Shown here: piece after piece, positions 6,548 to 16,467 of the stretch
Layout: every line of letters starts with the position of its first letter
Numbering within the stretch: position 1 is the stretch's first letter
Sequence record: OL362276.1
DNA from: Escherichia phage HC13
DNA length: 39,803 bases
Direction: 5' to 3' (one strand)
The notes under the pieces: generated by a model
Seen by the model: only the letters and a program-made list of their open reading frames with translations
Databases searched by the model: none
What the model was told of the DNA's origin: nothing
Program-made: the position numbers and the translations under genes

Positions 6548-7593
6548 TGACAACTATCAAAACTAACCCTCACCGCGCTGTAGATTACTCTGAGTCTGGA
6601 ATTAAGAAGGCACTGGAAGCAGCCGGGTCTCTGGAAGCTGAAGTGAAGTACGATGGTGTGCGCCTGAACCTCCTGGTCCTGCGTGAAGGTGAGACCTACT
6701 GGCTTAGCCGCGAGTCGAAACCTCTACCAGCCTTGGAGTGGATGAACTCTGAGTTAGGTAATGCGTGGACCCAAGCTGACTGGCGATGGTTCCTGCGTCA
6801 ATCCGGCTACGAAGGTGTGGGCATGATGATTGATGGCGAGGTCATGGTCAAAGGTGTAGACTTCAACACCTCCTCAGGTCTCATCCGAACGAAGTGGCTC
6901 AAGCCTAACAACGAGGAGTTCGCTGAATACTATTCGCCGGCGACTGGTGGAAAGAAGCTCCCGTTCTGGGGATCCCGGTCACGACTTCAGGTTGTGGTCT
7001 ACGGTGTCATCGACATGACAACCATTGCTGACCCGAAAGCCGAAGGTCCTATCCATAGCGTCACACGCCTGAAGGCCGAAGCTATCGTCCCTCTCCTCCA
7101 GAAATACTTCCCGGAAATCGACTGGGCTCTGTCTGAGTCACACACGGTCTATGACCTTGAGTCGCTCAACTCCCTGTACGAACAGAAGCGTCTGGAAGGA
7201 CACGAGGGTCTGGTAGTCAAGGACCCACTGGGTAAATATAAGCGTGGCAAGAAGTCAGGCATGTGGAAGATGAAGCCTGAGGAGACCATCGACGGGACCG
7301 TGTGTGGTCTCGTGTGGGGGACTCATGGTAAGGCTAACGAGGGCAAGGTCATCGGCTTCGAGGTTCTGCTTGAGGATGGCATGGTGGTTAACGCCTGTGG
7401 TCTGACTGAAGAACAGAAGGCTGAGTTTACGGAAGCCTGTAACACTGATACATATATTCTCGGTGGAATCAATCCATACGAAGGCTGGCAGTGTGAAGTG
7501 CTATTCATGGAGCGGTTCCCTGATGGCTCTCTTCGTCACCCTAGCTTCAAGTGCTGGCGTGGAACGGAAGACAATCCAACCGTTAAGAGCTAA
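6547..7593 (+). CDS. 1.3: ATP-dependent DNA ligase (gene 1.3)
   Basis: Aligns with T7 ligase: catalytic Lys motif EVKYDGVR, EGHEGLVVKDP, KSGMWKMKPE, C-terminal SLRHPSF. I prefer the ATG at 6547 (MTTIKTNP..., matching T7 MMNIKTNP); the track ORF begins at 6532. Confidence 0.93.
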   Translation: MTTIKTNPHRAVDYSESGIKKALEAAGSLEAEVKYDGVRLNLLVLREGETYWLSRESKPLPALEWMNSELGNAWTQADWRWFLRQSGYEGVGMMIDGEVMVKGVDFNTSSGLIRTKWLKPNNEEFAEYYSPATGGKKLPFWGSRSRLQVVVYGVIDMTTIADPKAEGPIHSVTRLKAEAIVPLLQKYFPEIDWALSESHTVYDLESLNSLYEQKRLEGHEGLVVKDPLGKYKRGKKSGMWKMKPEETIDGTVCGLVWGTHGKANEGKVIGFEVLLEDGMVVNACGLTEEQKAEFTEACNTDTYILGGINPYEGWQCEVLFMERFPDGSLRHPSFKCWRGTEDNPTVKS

Positions 7594-7603
7594 CTAAATG
7601 TCA

Positions 7604-7645
7604 ACCCAGTGGTCTTCGCGGACTGCTGGGTTTCTTTGCTTTGTG
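7604..7645 (+). terminator. Early (host RNAP) intrinsic terminator TE
   Basis: ACCCAGUGGUC / GGACUGCUGGGU hairpin (about 11 bp with two G-U pairs) followed by UUUCUUUGCUUUG. Same position as T7 TE, immediately after ligase. Confidence 0.6.
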
Positions 7646-7678
7646 CTAGCAAGCTATCGTCTGGGCCACCAGTTAGAC

Positions 7679-7702
7679 CCTAAGCTATCACTATAGGACA
7701 AC
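7679..7702 (+). promoter_or_regulatory. Phage RNAP promoter (TAAGCTATCACTATAGG, +1 about 7696)
   Basis: Promoter-family match, one mismatch in the upstream part. Confidence 0.7.
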
Positions 7703-7725
7703 CATCAACAACCAAAGGAGACTCT

Positions 7726-7986
7726 ATGTCTAAGAACTTAATGTTCAACCGTTATACCGATACCTTCCACCTGTCTAACAACCCGTTCGCTTGCATTAAG
7801 CGCAACGAGAAGCTGGGATACTTCGGGAAGGCCGTTAAGCTGTCACCTACAGTCTATGCTCTGATTACTCACGGCAAAGCTGAAGAGGCTCGCCAGAAGC
7901 GTGAGACCGACGTACCTGTGGTATACACCAAGTGGCCTCGCGTTCGTCTGTTTATTGAGTTCGTGAAGGAGGTGATCAATGGTTAA
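7726..7986 (+). CDS. Hypothetical protein, positional equivalent of T7 gene 1.6
   Basis: 86 aa, good SD (AAAGGAG). Assignment is by position only. Confidence 0.5.
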   Translation: MSKNLMFNRYTDTFHLSNNPFACIKRNEKLGYFGKAVKLSPTVYALITHGKAEEARQKRETDVPVVYTKWPRVRLFIEFVKEVING

Positions 7987-8422
7987 GGTGGGGGATACAG
8001 TTAACTATGTTGGACCAGTTGGAGCGCACGCGGGACGCTCCTGTGGCAAGGTGATATTGGTCAAGAATGAGCATGTAGCTGTTGTTAAGTGGCCCCGTTT
8101 ATCTGAACCACTCACTCACTCCATTAGTTCCTTAAGTATTACCAAGCAGGCGCAGTCCGAGCCGACAACCATAGGTCAGGAAGATAGCGTCCGTAAGCCA
8201 TCTCACTATCAGGTCTTTGACGGCGTGGAGTCCATTGAGATTATCGCTCGGTCCATGACTGTCAGTGAGTTCCGTGGCTTCTGCATGGGTAACGTCCTTA
8301 AGTATCGACTCCGGGCTGGTAAGAAGTCAGAGCTGGCGACTATGGAGAAGGACCTGAACAAAGCAGCCTTCTATCAGGAGCTGTTCGACCTACATAAAGG
8401 TAAGTGCTATGCTTCCGAGTGA
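7979..8422 (+). CDS. 1.7: gp1.7-like protein (T7 nucleotide kinase homologue, divergent N-terminus)
   Basis: C-terminal 75 aa (KPSHYQVFDGVESIEIIARSMTVSEFRGFCMGNVLKYRLRAGKKSELATMEKDLNKAAFYQELF) aligns with the T7 gp1.7 C-terminus as recalled. The N-terminal half is shorter and unrelated. Confidence 0.7.
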   Translation: MVKVGDTVNYVGPVGAHAGRSCGKVILVKNEHVAVVKWPRLSEPLTHSISSLSITKQAQSEPTTIGQEDSVRKPSHYQVFDGVESIEIIARSMTVSEFRGFCMGNVLKYRLRAGKKSELATMEKDLNKAAFYQELFDLHKGKCYASE

Positions 8423-8504
8423 GTGGTGCGAGCGTAAACTTGAGGAGACAGGTAACGTCGATTACCTTCAGCTCTACAACTTATGGAAGGAGCGTGGTCT
8501 ATGA
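8409..8504 (+). CDS. Small ORF (31 aa), positional gene 1.8
   Basis: My own translation: [31 protein letters not shown]. Overlaps neighbours at both ends. By position only. Confidence 0.3.
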   Translation: MLPSEWCERKLEETGNVDYLQLYNLWKERGL

Positions 8505-8659
8505 CTGACGTAGAGAAGAAATACATCGTGGAGCTTGAGGGTCGCGTTCAGTCCTTCGAGGTTCCGTTGTACGCAAAGTCTCTTGAAGAGGCTACCCTGA
8601 AGTCCCAAGAGTATGAGGACGCTGGGTTTGTGGTCGGACGGATTCGCCCTGAGACCTAA
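8501..8659 (+). CDS. 2: Gp2-like inhibitor of host RNA polymerase
   Basis: My own translation (52 aa): ...[36 protein letters not shown], aligning with T7 Gp2 (...[35 protein letters not shown]). Confidence 0.7.
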   Translation: MTDVEKKYIVELEGRVQSFEVPLYAKSLEEATLKSQEYEDAGFVVGRIRPET

Positions 8660-8678
8660 ACTATCACTGTAGGACAGA
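8655..8678 (+). promoter_or_regulatory. Variant phage RNAP promoter (TAAACTATCACTGTAGG)
   Basis: Family member with A to G at -3. Position equals T7 phi2.5. Confidence 0.55.
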
Positions 8679-8716
8679 CGTCCAGTTAGTAACTTTAAAT
8701 TAGGAGATTTACACCA

Positions 8717-9409
8717 ATGGCTAAAGAGCAACTGAAGACTTTCACCACTCCGGTAGCTGGTATCGTTGAGCCTTACGCATGGCTGAACAAAGCAGACACC
8801 AAGTTTAATGAACGTGGTGAGCATAAGGTTAACCTGACGTTCGACCTGAGCGACCCGAAGGTCCGTAAGATGATTGATGTCTTACAGAAGATTCACGACG
8901 ATGCGTATGCGAAAGCACTCGCAGACCACGAGAAGAACCCACCTCAGGTTCAGCGTGGCAAGAAGCCTATTGAACCACGTGAAGGCGACATGCCGTGGAT
9001 TGAGAATGGTGACGGTACTGTTACCCTTAAGTTTAAATGCTTTGCGTCTTACCTGAAAGACGGCAAGTCCGAGCCTATCTTATTACGGTTCTACGACACC
9101 GATGCTAAACTCATCCGTGACGTCCCGAATATTAGCGCTGGCTCCAAACTGAAGGTCAAGTTTAAAGTCCTGCCGTTCAAGTGGAACGCTGCGACCGGTG
9201 CAAGCGTTAAGCTCCAGCTTGAGTCCTGCCTTCTTGTAGAACTGAAGGAGTGGAAAGGTGCTGGTGGTGATGGTGGCTGGGGTGATGATGAAGACCTTGG
9301 TACTGGCTACAAAGCGCCAACCGATGGTGACTTCGGGTCTGATGCCTTCGGTGACGATGGTTCCGAAGGTGGTGACGACTCCAGCTCTGGTGGCGATTAC
9401 GACTTCTAA
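8717..9409 (+). CDS. 2.5: Single-stranded DNA-binding protein (gene 2.5)
   Basis: Aligns with T7 gp2.5 (AEPYAWLNK, GKKPIEPREGDMPW, GASVKLQLES, acidic C-terminus ending in F). Confidence 0.93.
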   Translation: MAKEQLKTFTTPVAGIVEPYAWLNKADTKFNERGEHKVNLTFDLSDPKVRKMIDVLQKIHDDAYAKALADHEKNPPQVQRGKKPIEPREGDMPWIENGDGTVTLKFKCFASYLKDGKSEPILLRFYDTDAKLIRDVPNISAGSKLKVKFKVLPFKWNAATGASVKLQLESCLLVELKEWKGAGGDGGWGDDEDLGTGYKAPTDGDFGSDAFGDDGSEGGDDSSSGGDYDF

Positions 9410-9858
9410 TGGCTACAGTGAAAAGCCTTAAGCAGCGACTCATGGTTTCGGGTGACTGCTGGCTTTTTACAGGCTGCGTTAACAACAAGGGCTACGGTCA
9501 GATTAGGCATAATGGGAAAACCATGCTTGCACATCGCGTAGCCTACGAGCTGATTACAGGTGAGGAACCTAACGGTGTTCTACTACACACTTGTGACACT
9601 CCGCTATGTTGTAACCCTGAGCATCTGACTGTAGGAACCCAACGGGACAACCTTCAGGACATGCGTAACAAGGGGCGCGGTGTAAACCCTCCTCATGTTC
9701 CGGGAGAGAAGTGTGGTATGTCTAAACTTACCAACACTAAAGTCAAGGAAATTAGGTCTTCCAGCCTTACCCAGCGACAGCTCGCCACAATCTACGGAGT
9801 GTCTCAGCCGACAATAGGTAAGATACTAAGGAGAGAAACATGGCGACACGTAATATAA
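9409..9858 (+). CDS. HNH family homing endonuclease
   Basis: LAHRVAYEL...HTCDTPLCCNPEHL...QRDN is a classic HNH His-Cys core. C-terminal LTQRQLATIYGVSQPTIGKIL is helix-turn-helix-like. Start overlaps the SSB stop (TAATG). Confidence 0.8.
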   Translation: MATVKSLKQRLMVSGDCWLFTGCVNNKGYGQIRHNGKTMLAHRVAYELITGEEPNGVLLHTCDTPLCCNPEHLTVGTQRDNLQDMRNKGRGVNPPHVPGEKCGMSKLTNTKVKEIRSSSLTQRQLATIYGVSQPTIGKILRRETWRHVI

Positions 9859-10295
9859 GCAGGGGTCACTCGATAGGAATATACCGTTCCGGCCTTGAGG
9901 CCAAGAACCAAGAGTGGCTAGAGAAGAACGGAGTTAAGGCTGAGTACGAAATGTATAACATTAAGTACACAATACCTGAGTCACTCCATAGTTATTGTCC
10001 AGACTTTGTTCTTCCAAATGGAATCATCGTGGAGACCAAGGGAATCTTCGCAGTCGAAGACCGTAAGAAGCACCTTCTGGTACGCGAACAACACCCAGAG
10101 TTAGACATCCGGTTCGTGTTCTCAAGTTCCCGCTCCAAGTTATACAAAGGGTCTCCGACCACGTATGGCGCATGGTGCGAAAAGAACGGATTTAAGTATG
10201 CCGATAAGTTCATCCCGGTTGAGTGGCTGCGAGAGGCGACTGTACGTCTTCCCTCAGGTATCCTCATCCCCAAGAAGAAAGGAGTTAAGTTATGA
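9840..10295 (+). CDS. 3: Endonuclease I, Holliday-junction resolvase (gene 3)
   Basis: Aligns with T7 endo I (FRSGLE, PDFVLPNGIIVETKG, DRKKHLLVREQHPELDIRFVFSSSRSKLYKGSPT). Confidence 0.92.
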   Translation: MATRNISRGHSIGIYRSGLEAKNQEWLEKNGVKAEYEMYNIKYTIPESLHSYCPDFVLPNGIIVETKGIFAVEDRKKHLLVREQHPELDIRFVFSSSRSKLYKGSPTTYGAWCEKNGFKYADKFIPVEWLREATVRLPSGILIPKKKGVKL

Positions 10296-10516
10296 CTCAA
10301 GAAGTTAAGGTCGTTCGTAAGCGTCTGACCATTGATAAAATCCCGGTAGGCTATGCGTTTATCGTCCACGGTAAGCCGGGTGAAGTGTACGTGAAGATTA
10401 GTAACTCTCACGTCTTCAACCATAAGTTGCTCCAGATGCACACCACTGATGCTAACCGCTTCCAACGTCATCTGAACCTCGTAGCTGTAGAGCTGGTGGT
10501 GTACGATGGTGAGTAA
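10292..10516 (+). CDS. Hypothetical protein (74 aa)
   Basis: Strong SD AAAGGAG seven nt upstream. Sits between endo I and lysozyme; no motif recognised. Confidence 0.5.
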   Translation: MTQEVKVVRKRLTIDKIPVGYAFIVHGKPGEVYVKISNSHVFNHKLLQMHTTDANRFQRHLNLVAVELVVYDGE

Positions 10517-10964
10517 GGTTCAGTTCAACCCACGGTCCCGTACTGACGCTATCTTCGTTCACTGTTCGGCTACAAAGCCAGATATGGACATCGGGGTAGA
10601 GACCATCCGTATGTGGCACAAGCAGCAAGGCTGGCTGGACGTAGGCTACCACTTTATCATCAAGCGCGATGGTACTGTGGAAGAGGGACGCCCTGTCAAT
10701 GTCGTAGGGTCACACGTTAAGGACTGGAACTCACGGTCTGTAGGCGTCTGCCTTGTAGGTGGAATTGACGCTAAGGGCAAGTTTGAAGCTAACTTCACTC
10801 CAGCCCAGATGAACTCCCTGCGCAACAAGCTGGCTGACCTGAAGTCCATGTATCCTCAGGCAGAAATCAAAGCACATCATGATGTAGCACCAAAGGCGTG
10901 TCCAAGTTTCGACTTACAGCGCTGGCTGTCTACCAATGAACTGGTCACTTCCGACCACGGTTAA
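10506..10964 (+). CDS. 3.5: N-acetylmuramoyl-L-alanine amidase / T7 lysozyme (gene 3.5)
   Basis: Near-collinear with T7 lysozyme (DAIFVHCSATKP, WLDVGYHFIIKRDGTVEEGR, GVCLVGGIDAKGKF, HHDVAPKACPSFDL). Confidence 0.95.
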   Translation: MVSKVQFNPRSRTDAIFVHCSATKPDMDIGVETIRMWHKQQGWLDVGYHFIIKRDGTVEEGRPVNVVGSHVKDWNSRSVGVCLVGGIDAKGKFEANFTPAQMNSLRNKLADLKSMYPQAEIKAHHDVAPKACPSFDLQRWLSTNELVTSDHG

Positions 10965-10988
10965 TAAACTCTAAAGGAGAATAACTCA

Positions 10989-11204
10989 ATGATTAAACTT
11001 ATTGAATTTCTTGGTCGTCTGGTGGTGCGTGGTTATCGTCGTGCTGCGGTACTGGAACGAAAGGTAGAAAAGAAGACTGCTGACGGTGCGGCTGATGCTG
11101 CTGCGCTGGCTGACAAGCTGACCATCGCGTCACTGGAAGCTGGAATGAAGGCACGCCAAGCTGACACCAAAGCTGACCAGTTGGCTCAGTTCTTCAAAGA
11201 CTAA
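10989..11204 (+). CDS. Hypothetical protein (71 aa)
   Basis: Good SD. Hydrophobic/basic N-terminus, Ala-rich, C-terminal FFKD. No function inferred. Confidence 0.5.
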   Translation: MIKLIEFLGRLVVRGYRRAAVLERKVEKKTADGAADAAALADKLTIASLEAGMKARQADTKADQLAQFFKD

Positions 11205-11223
11205 ACTATCACCTTAGGGATTG
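11200..11223 (+). promoter_or_regulatory. Variant phage RNAP promoter (TAAACTATCACCTTAGGGA)
   Basis: Family member with two changes in the -5/-4 region. Lies directly upstream of gene 4. Confidence 0.5.
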
Positions 11224-11269
11224 GACCATGAGTCCTTTCCCTTTGTTCGCATTTGTGCTTAAGGAGTGA

Positions 11270-12973
<1,704 letters not shown>

Positions 12974-12984
12974 GGAGGAGTACA

Positions 12985-13149
12985 TTGCTAAGAAAACTTA
13001 AAGCTCGCTACCATCGGTTCATGTACAAATGGTGGAGCGATGAAGCAACCTGCCTGTCTAACATTCTGGGAGACCAGCGGTTCAACTCTGAGGCATGGAA
13101 GAAAGCTAACCGGAAGTTCATGTATCACTTCTTGCGTACAGACTTCTAG
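12985..13149 (+). CDS. Small basic hypothetical protein (54 aa from TTG)
   Basis: Frame of track ORF 12952..13149. I prefer the TTG at 12985, which has SD AAGGAGGAG four nt upstream. Start codon uncertain. Confidence 0.35.
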   Translation: MLRKLKARYHRFMYKWWSDEATCLSNILGDQRFNSEAWKKANRKFMYHFLRTDF

Positions 13150-13195
13150 GTCTAGACTCAAGGTCATTCACAGCGAGTGGCCTTTATGATTAGAC
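13150..13195 (+). promoter_or_regulatory. Putative RNase III processing hairpin (R4.7-like)
   Basis: Lower stem GUCUAG pairs with UUAGAC, internal loop, upper stem AAGGUCAU pairs with GUGGCCUU, 9-nt loop. Same family as 6022 and 36801. Confidence 0.45.
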
Positions 13196-13212
13196 TAAAG
13201 CGGAGGATTAAC

Positions 13213-13644
13213 ATGAGGACTTGCAGTAGATGTGGCTCCACAAAGGAGTCAACTGAGTTCAGGAAGATAAATGGGTGGTGCATATCCTGTGTTCGTGAGG
13301 ATAATAGGCTGCGATACCACCGAAACAAAGGTACAGATGCTGGTGAGGCGCATCGCCTATCTGCCCGTAAGTCTTGGCTTAAGAAAGCCTATGGTCTCAC
13401 ACTTGAGGAATATGACACTATGTTCGATAGTCAAAAGGGCAGATGCGCTATATGCTCAGACATTATCTTCAAGCATGGGTCTATTGAGAGTAAGAATAAT
13501 GTAGCCCACGTTGACCATTGCCATGACTCAGGTATTGTTAGGGGATTGCTATGTGGTACATGTAATAGCGCACTTGGTAAGTTCGGTGACAAGGTAGCCG
13601 TGCTTAGGGCTGCTATAGCGTACTTGGAGAAATATAATGTTTAA
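13213..13644 (+). CDS. HNH homing endonuclease, endonuclease VII-like His-Me finger
   Basis: GRCAICSD...VAHVDHCHDSGIVRGLLCGTCNSALG is the endonuclease-VII-type signature. N-terminal CSRCG...CISC zinc ribbon. SD GGAGGA before the ATG at 13213 (the track ORF starts upstream at 13177). AT-rich, with rare AGA/AGG/ATA codons. Confidence 0.8.
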   Translation: MRTCSRCGSTKESTEFRKINGWCISCVREDNRLRYHRNKGTDAGEAHRLSARKSWLKKAYGLTLEEYDTMFDSQKGRCAICSDIIFKHGSIESKNNVAHVDHCHDSGIVRGLLCGTCNSALGKFGDKVAVLRAAIAYLEKYNV

Positions 13645-15808
13645 TCTCAACTCATTCTATGGCACAGATATAGAGACTGACGGTCTACTAGACACTGTGT
13701 CACAGTTCCATTGTGGTGTTATCATTAACGCCGGAACTCAGGCTACTGAGAAATATGGTGTTGCCCCTATGACTGGGCTGACAGGTGGATTCAAAGAGTA
13801 CATAGACCGCATAGAATCTATTATGGCATCCACTGACGGTATGCTGGTTCTGCACAATGGTGTGAACTATGATATACCAGCCTTGAAAATACTGAAGAAG
13901 AAATACTTTGGTAAGAACCTAAATGTGAATAAGGGTCGAATTATTGATACCTTGGTGCTGGGACGCTTGATGTATCCAAACATTAAGTTCTCAGACATGG
14001 GCGCGGTGAAAGCTGGTCGTCTGCCTCCTAAGATGATGGGACGCCAGTCTCTTGAGGCTTGGGGTTATCGTCTCGGTGAGATGAAGGGTGAGTACAAACA
14101 CGATTACGTTGCCAAGTGCAAGGCAGAAGGTATCGAATATAAGGCTGGGGACGAATGGTTGTTCCCATCTCAGGAGATGCTGGACTATAACGTTCAAGAC
14201 GTTGTGGTCACACTGGCGTTGTTCAAGAAGTTCCTGACTGACAAGTATTACTTCCAGTCTGAACAGTTCGCTTTCGAACAGATTTATGCGTTGCGTCTGG
14301 AACATGATGCTGCGTGGACCTGTGCGAAGATGGAGCGTAACGGCTATCCGATGAACACCGAGATGGTCGAAGGCTTATATCGTGAACTCACTGTCAAACG
14401 TGCTGAGTTGCTGGACAAGCTGCGTTCGACTTTCGGCAGCTGGTACGCACCAAAGGGAGGCAAGGAGTTCTTCAAGCACCCACGGACAGGCAAGGACCTC
14501 CCGAAGTATCCGCGAGTCGTGTACCCTAAGGTCGGGTCAGTATTCAAGAAGCCGAAGAACAAAGCTCAACGCTTAGGTCTGGAACCTTGCGAGTTCGACT
14601 CACGAGACACGATGAAGGGAGCACCGTTCACACCTATCACTTACGTTGAGTTTAATCCGGGAAGCGGAGACCACTTAGCGAAAGTCCTGATGGAGCGTGG
14701 CTGGGAGCCTGTGGACTTCACTGACACCGGGAAACCTGTAGTCGATGACGAGACGTTAGAACACGTTAAGTTACCAGACGCAGAGGCTCAGGCTTGCGTA
14801 GAGCTGGTCCGTGAGTATCTGGTAGTCCAGAAGAGAATCGGGCAGGCTGCTGAAGGTAAGAACGCTTGGTTGAAACTTGTAGGTCCAGACGGACGTATGC
14901 ACGGTTCAATCAACCCATGTGGTGCAGTAACCGGACGTGCGACTCATAGTTCACCAAACATGGCTCAGGTCCCGGCTAACGGTGCTCCATACGGTGAGAC
15001 TTGCCGTGGTGCTTTCGGTGCAGCGTGGAACAAGAAGGACGGTAAGCCAGACCCTTGGATTCAAGTAGGTGTGGATGCCTCAGGTCTTGAGCTTCGTTGT
15101 CTTGGGAACAGAGCGGCTCCGTTTGATGGTGGTGCCTATGCGAAGACTGTGGTCGAAGGTGACATCCACTGGGCCAACGCAGTAAACGCTGGGTTAGCAC
15201 CTAACGTCCAACGCGATAAGTCTAACCACGACCATGAGGCTTTCCGTAACAACGCTAAGACGTTCATCTACGCGTTCCTGTATGGTGCAGGGGCCGCTAA
15301 GATTGGACTGATAGTAGGCGGTGGTAAGAAGGAAGGTTCAGCGCTCATGAAGAAATTCATTGAGGGTACACCAGCTATCAAGGACCTCAGGGAAGCTGTG
15401 CAGAACACGCTCATCTCTGAGTCCAAATGGGTAGACGGTGAGAACATCGTGAAGTGGAAACGCCGCTGGCTGAAAGGTCTGGACGGTCGACGCATCCACA
15501 TCCGGTCGCCACACTCAGCACTGAACGCCTTACTTCAGGGTGATGGTGCGGTAGTCTGTAAGCACTGGATTGTTGAGACTGAACGTATGCTTGAAGCCGA
15601 AGGATATGTCCACGGCTGGGATGGAGACTTTGCGTACATGGCATGGGTGCACGATGAGCTACAAATTGCCTGTAAAAACAAGGACTTAGCAGAACGCGTA
15701 GTAGAAATTGCTCAACTTGCTATGCGTAAGGTTGGTGAGTTCTATAACTTTAAATGTGTGTTAGACACGGAGGGTAAAATTGGACCAACGTGGAAAGAAT
15801 GCCATTGA
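13637..15808 (+). CDS. 5: DNA polymerase (gene 5, family A)
   Basis: Collinear with T7 gp5 (exo motif DIETDG, FHCGVI, EAWGYRLGEMKGEYK, YNVQDVVVT, GAVTGRATH, NAKTFIYAFLYGAG, YMAWVHDE, C-terminal WKECH). Start overlaps the HNH stop by 8 nt. Confidence 0.97.
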   Translation: MFNLNSFYGTDIETDGLLDTVSQFHCGVIINAGTQATEKYGVAPMTGLTGGFKEYIDRIESIMASTDGMLVLHNGVNYDIPALKILKKKYFGKNLNVNKGRIIDTLVLGRLMYPNIKFSDMGAVKAGRLPPKMMGRQSLEAWGYRLGEMKGEYKHDYVAKCKAEGIEYKAGDEWLFPSQEMLDYNVQDVVVTLALFKKFLTDKYYFQSEQFAFEQIYALRLEHDAAWTCAKMERNGYPMNTEMVEGLYRELTVKRAELLDKLRSTFGSWYAPKGGKEFFKHPRTGKDLPKYPRVVYPKVGSVFKKPKNKAQRLGLEPCEFDSRDTMKGAPFTPITYVEFNPGSGDHLAKVLMERGWEPVDFTDTGKPVVDDETLEHVKLPDAEAQACVELVREYLVVQKRIGQAAEGKNAWLKLVGPDGRMHGSINPCGAVTGRATHSSPNMAQVPANGAPYGETCRGAFGAAWNKKDGKPDPWIQVGVDASGLELRCLGNRAAPFDGGAYAKTVVEGDIHWANAVNAGLAPNVQRDKSNHDHEAFRNNAKTFIYAFLYGAGAAKIGLIVGGGKKEGSALMKKFIEGTPAIKDLREAVQNTLISESKWVDGENIVKWKRRWLKGLDGRRIHIRSPHSALNALLQGDGAVVCKHWIVETERMLEAEGYVHGWDGDFAYMAWVHDELQIACKNKDLAERVVEIAQLAMRKVGEFYNFKCVLDTEGKIGPTWKECH

Positions 15809-16196
15809 CGGAAAGTCCCTGCATTATACAGGTGCTGCGAGCGAGTTGTATGCGAGCTACCGACTGACGGCTATGGGACACCAAGTCTTCCTACCTGCGT
15901 TCACCCAGTCCAAAGCGGACTTAGTGGTGGATATCAACGGGACCCTTATGAGGGTTCAGGTGAAAACTGGGACCAAGCTGAAGAACTGTAATAGCATTCA
16001 GGTCCGGCTTGGTGGGTGCGGTAAGCCAACTTACAGTCCTGGAGACATCGACCTACTAGCGGTTGTCTATCAGGATTTGCTCTGGCTTATACCGTTCACT
16101 GAAGAGGTTAGAGTCAAGACCTCTATGTGTATAAACTTAACGTCTGACAAGAAGTACGGACAATTTAAACAGGAGAAGACTAATGGCTATTACTAA
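15780..16196 (+). CDS. Hypothetical protein, possible PD-(D/E)xK-like nuclease fold
   Basis: TTG start with SD GGAGGG five nt upstream. Pattern E(22)...ADLVVD...RVQVK resembles restriction-endonuclease-like / Hjc-type cores, with Q in place of the usual acidic residue. Weak inference. Confidence 0.4.
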   Translation: MDQRGKNAIDGKSLHYTGAASELYASYRLTAMGHQVFLPAFTQSKADLVVDINGTLMRVQVKTGTKLKNCNSIQVRLGGCGKPTYSPGDIDLLAVVYQDLLWLIPFTEEVRVKTSMCINLTSDKKYGQFKQEKTNGYY

Positions 16197-16467
16197 ACGT
16201 ATTCGTGTGAGTTTTGATCTGAAGATGGTTGTTAACTCAAAGGAAGAAGATACCATGTGTCGCCAACTGGCTGAGATGACTAAAGCCTACGCTGAGGGTG
16301 AGGAGCTGGATGGTCTTCAGTTGGCTATGGTAAAAACCGCAATCGAGTCAGGCCCTGAGTCTGCCCTTGAAATTGCCCTCAAGAAGACCATCAAGGAGGA
16401 GCTGGTAGACGACTTTGGTTATGGCCAGTTCGGAGTATCTAACCTGCGATTCGAGGTCAAGCAATGA
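16183..16467 (+). CDS. 5.5: gp5.5-like protein
   Basis: N-terminus MAITKRIRVSFDL resembles T7 gp5.5 (MAMTKKFKVSFDV, recollection). Position between gene 5 and 5.7. Confidence 0.55.
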   Translation: MAITKRIRVSFDLKMVVNSKEEDTMCRQLAEMTKAYAEGEELDGLQLAMVKTAIESGPESALEIALKKTIKEELVDDFGYGQFGVSNLRFEVKQ

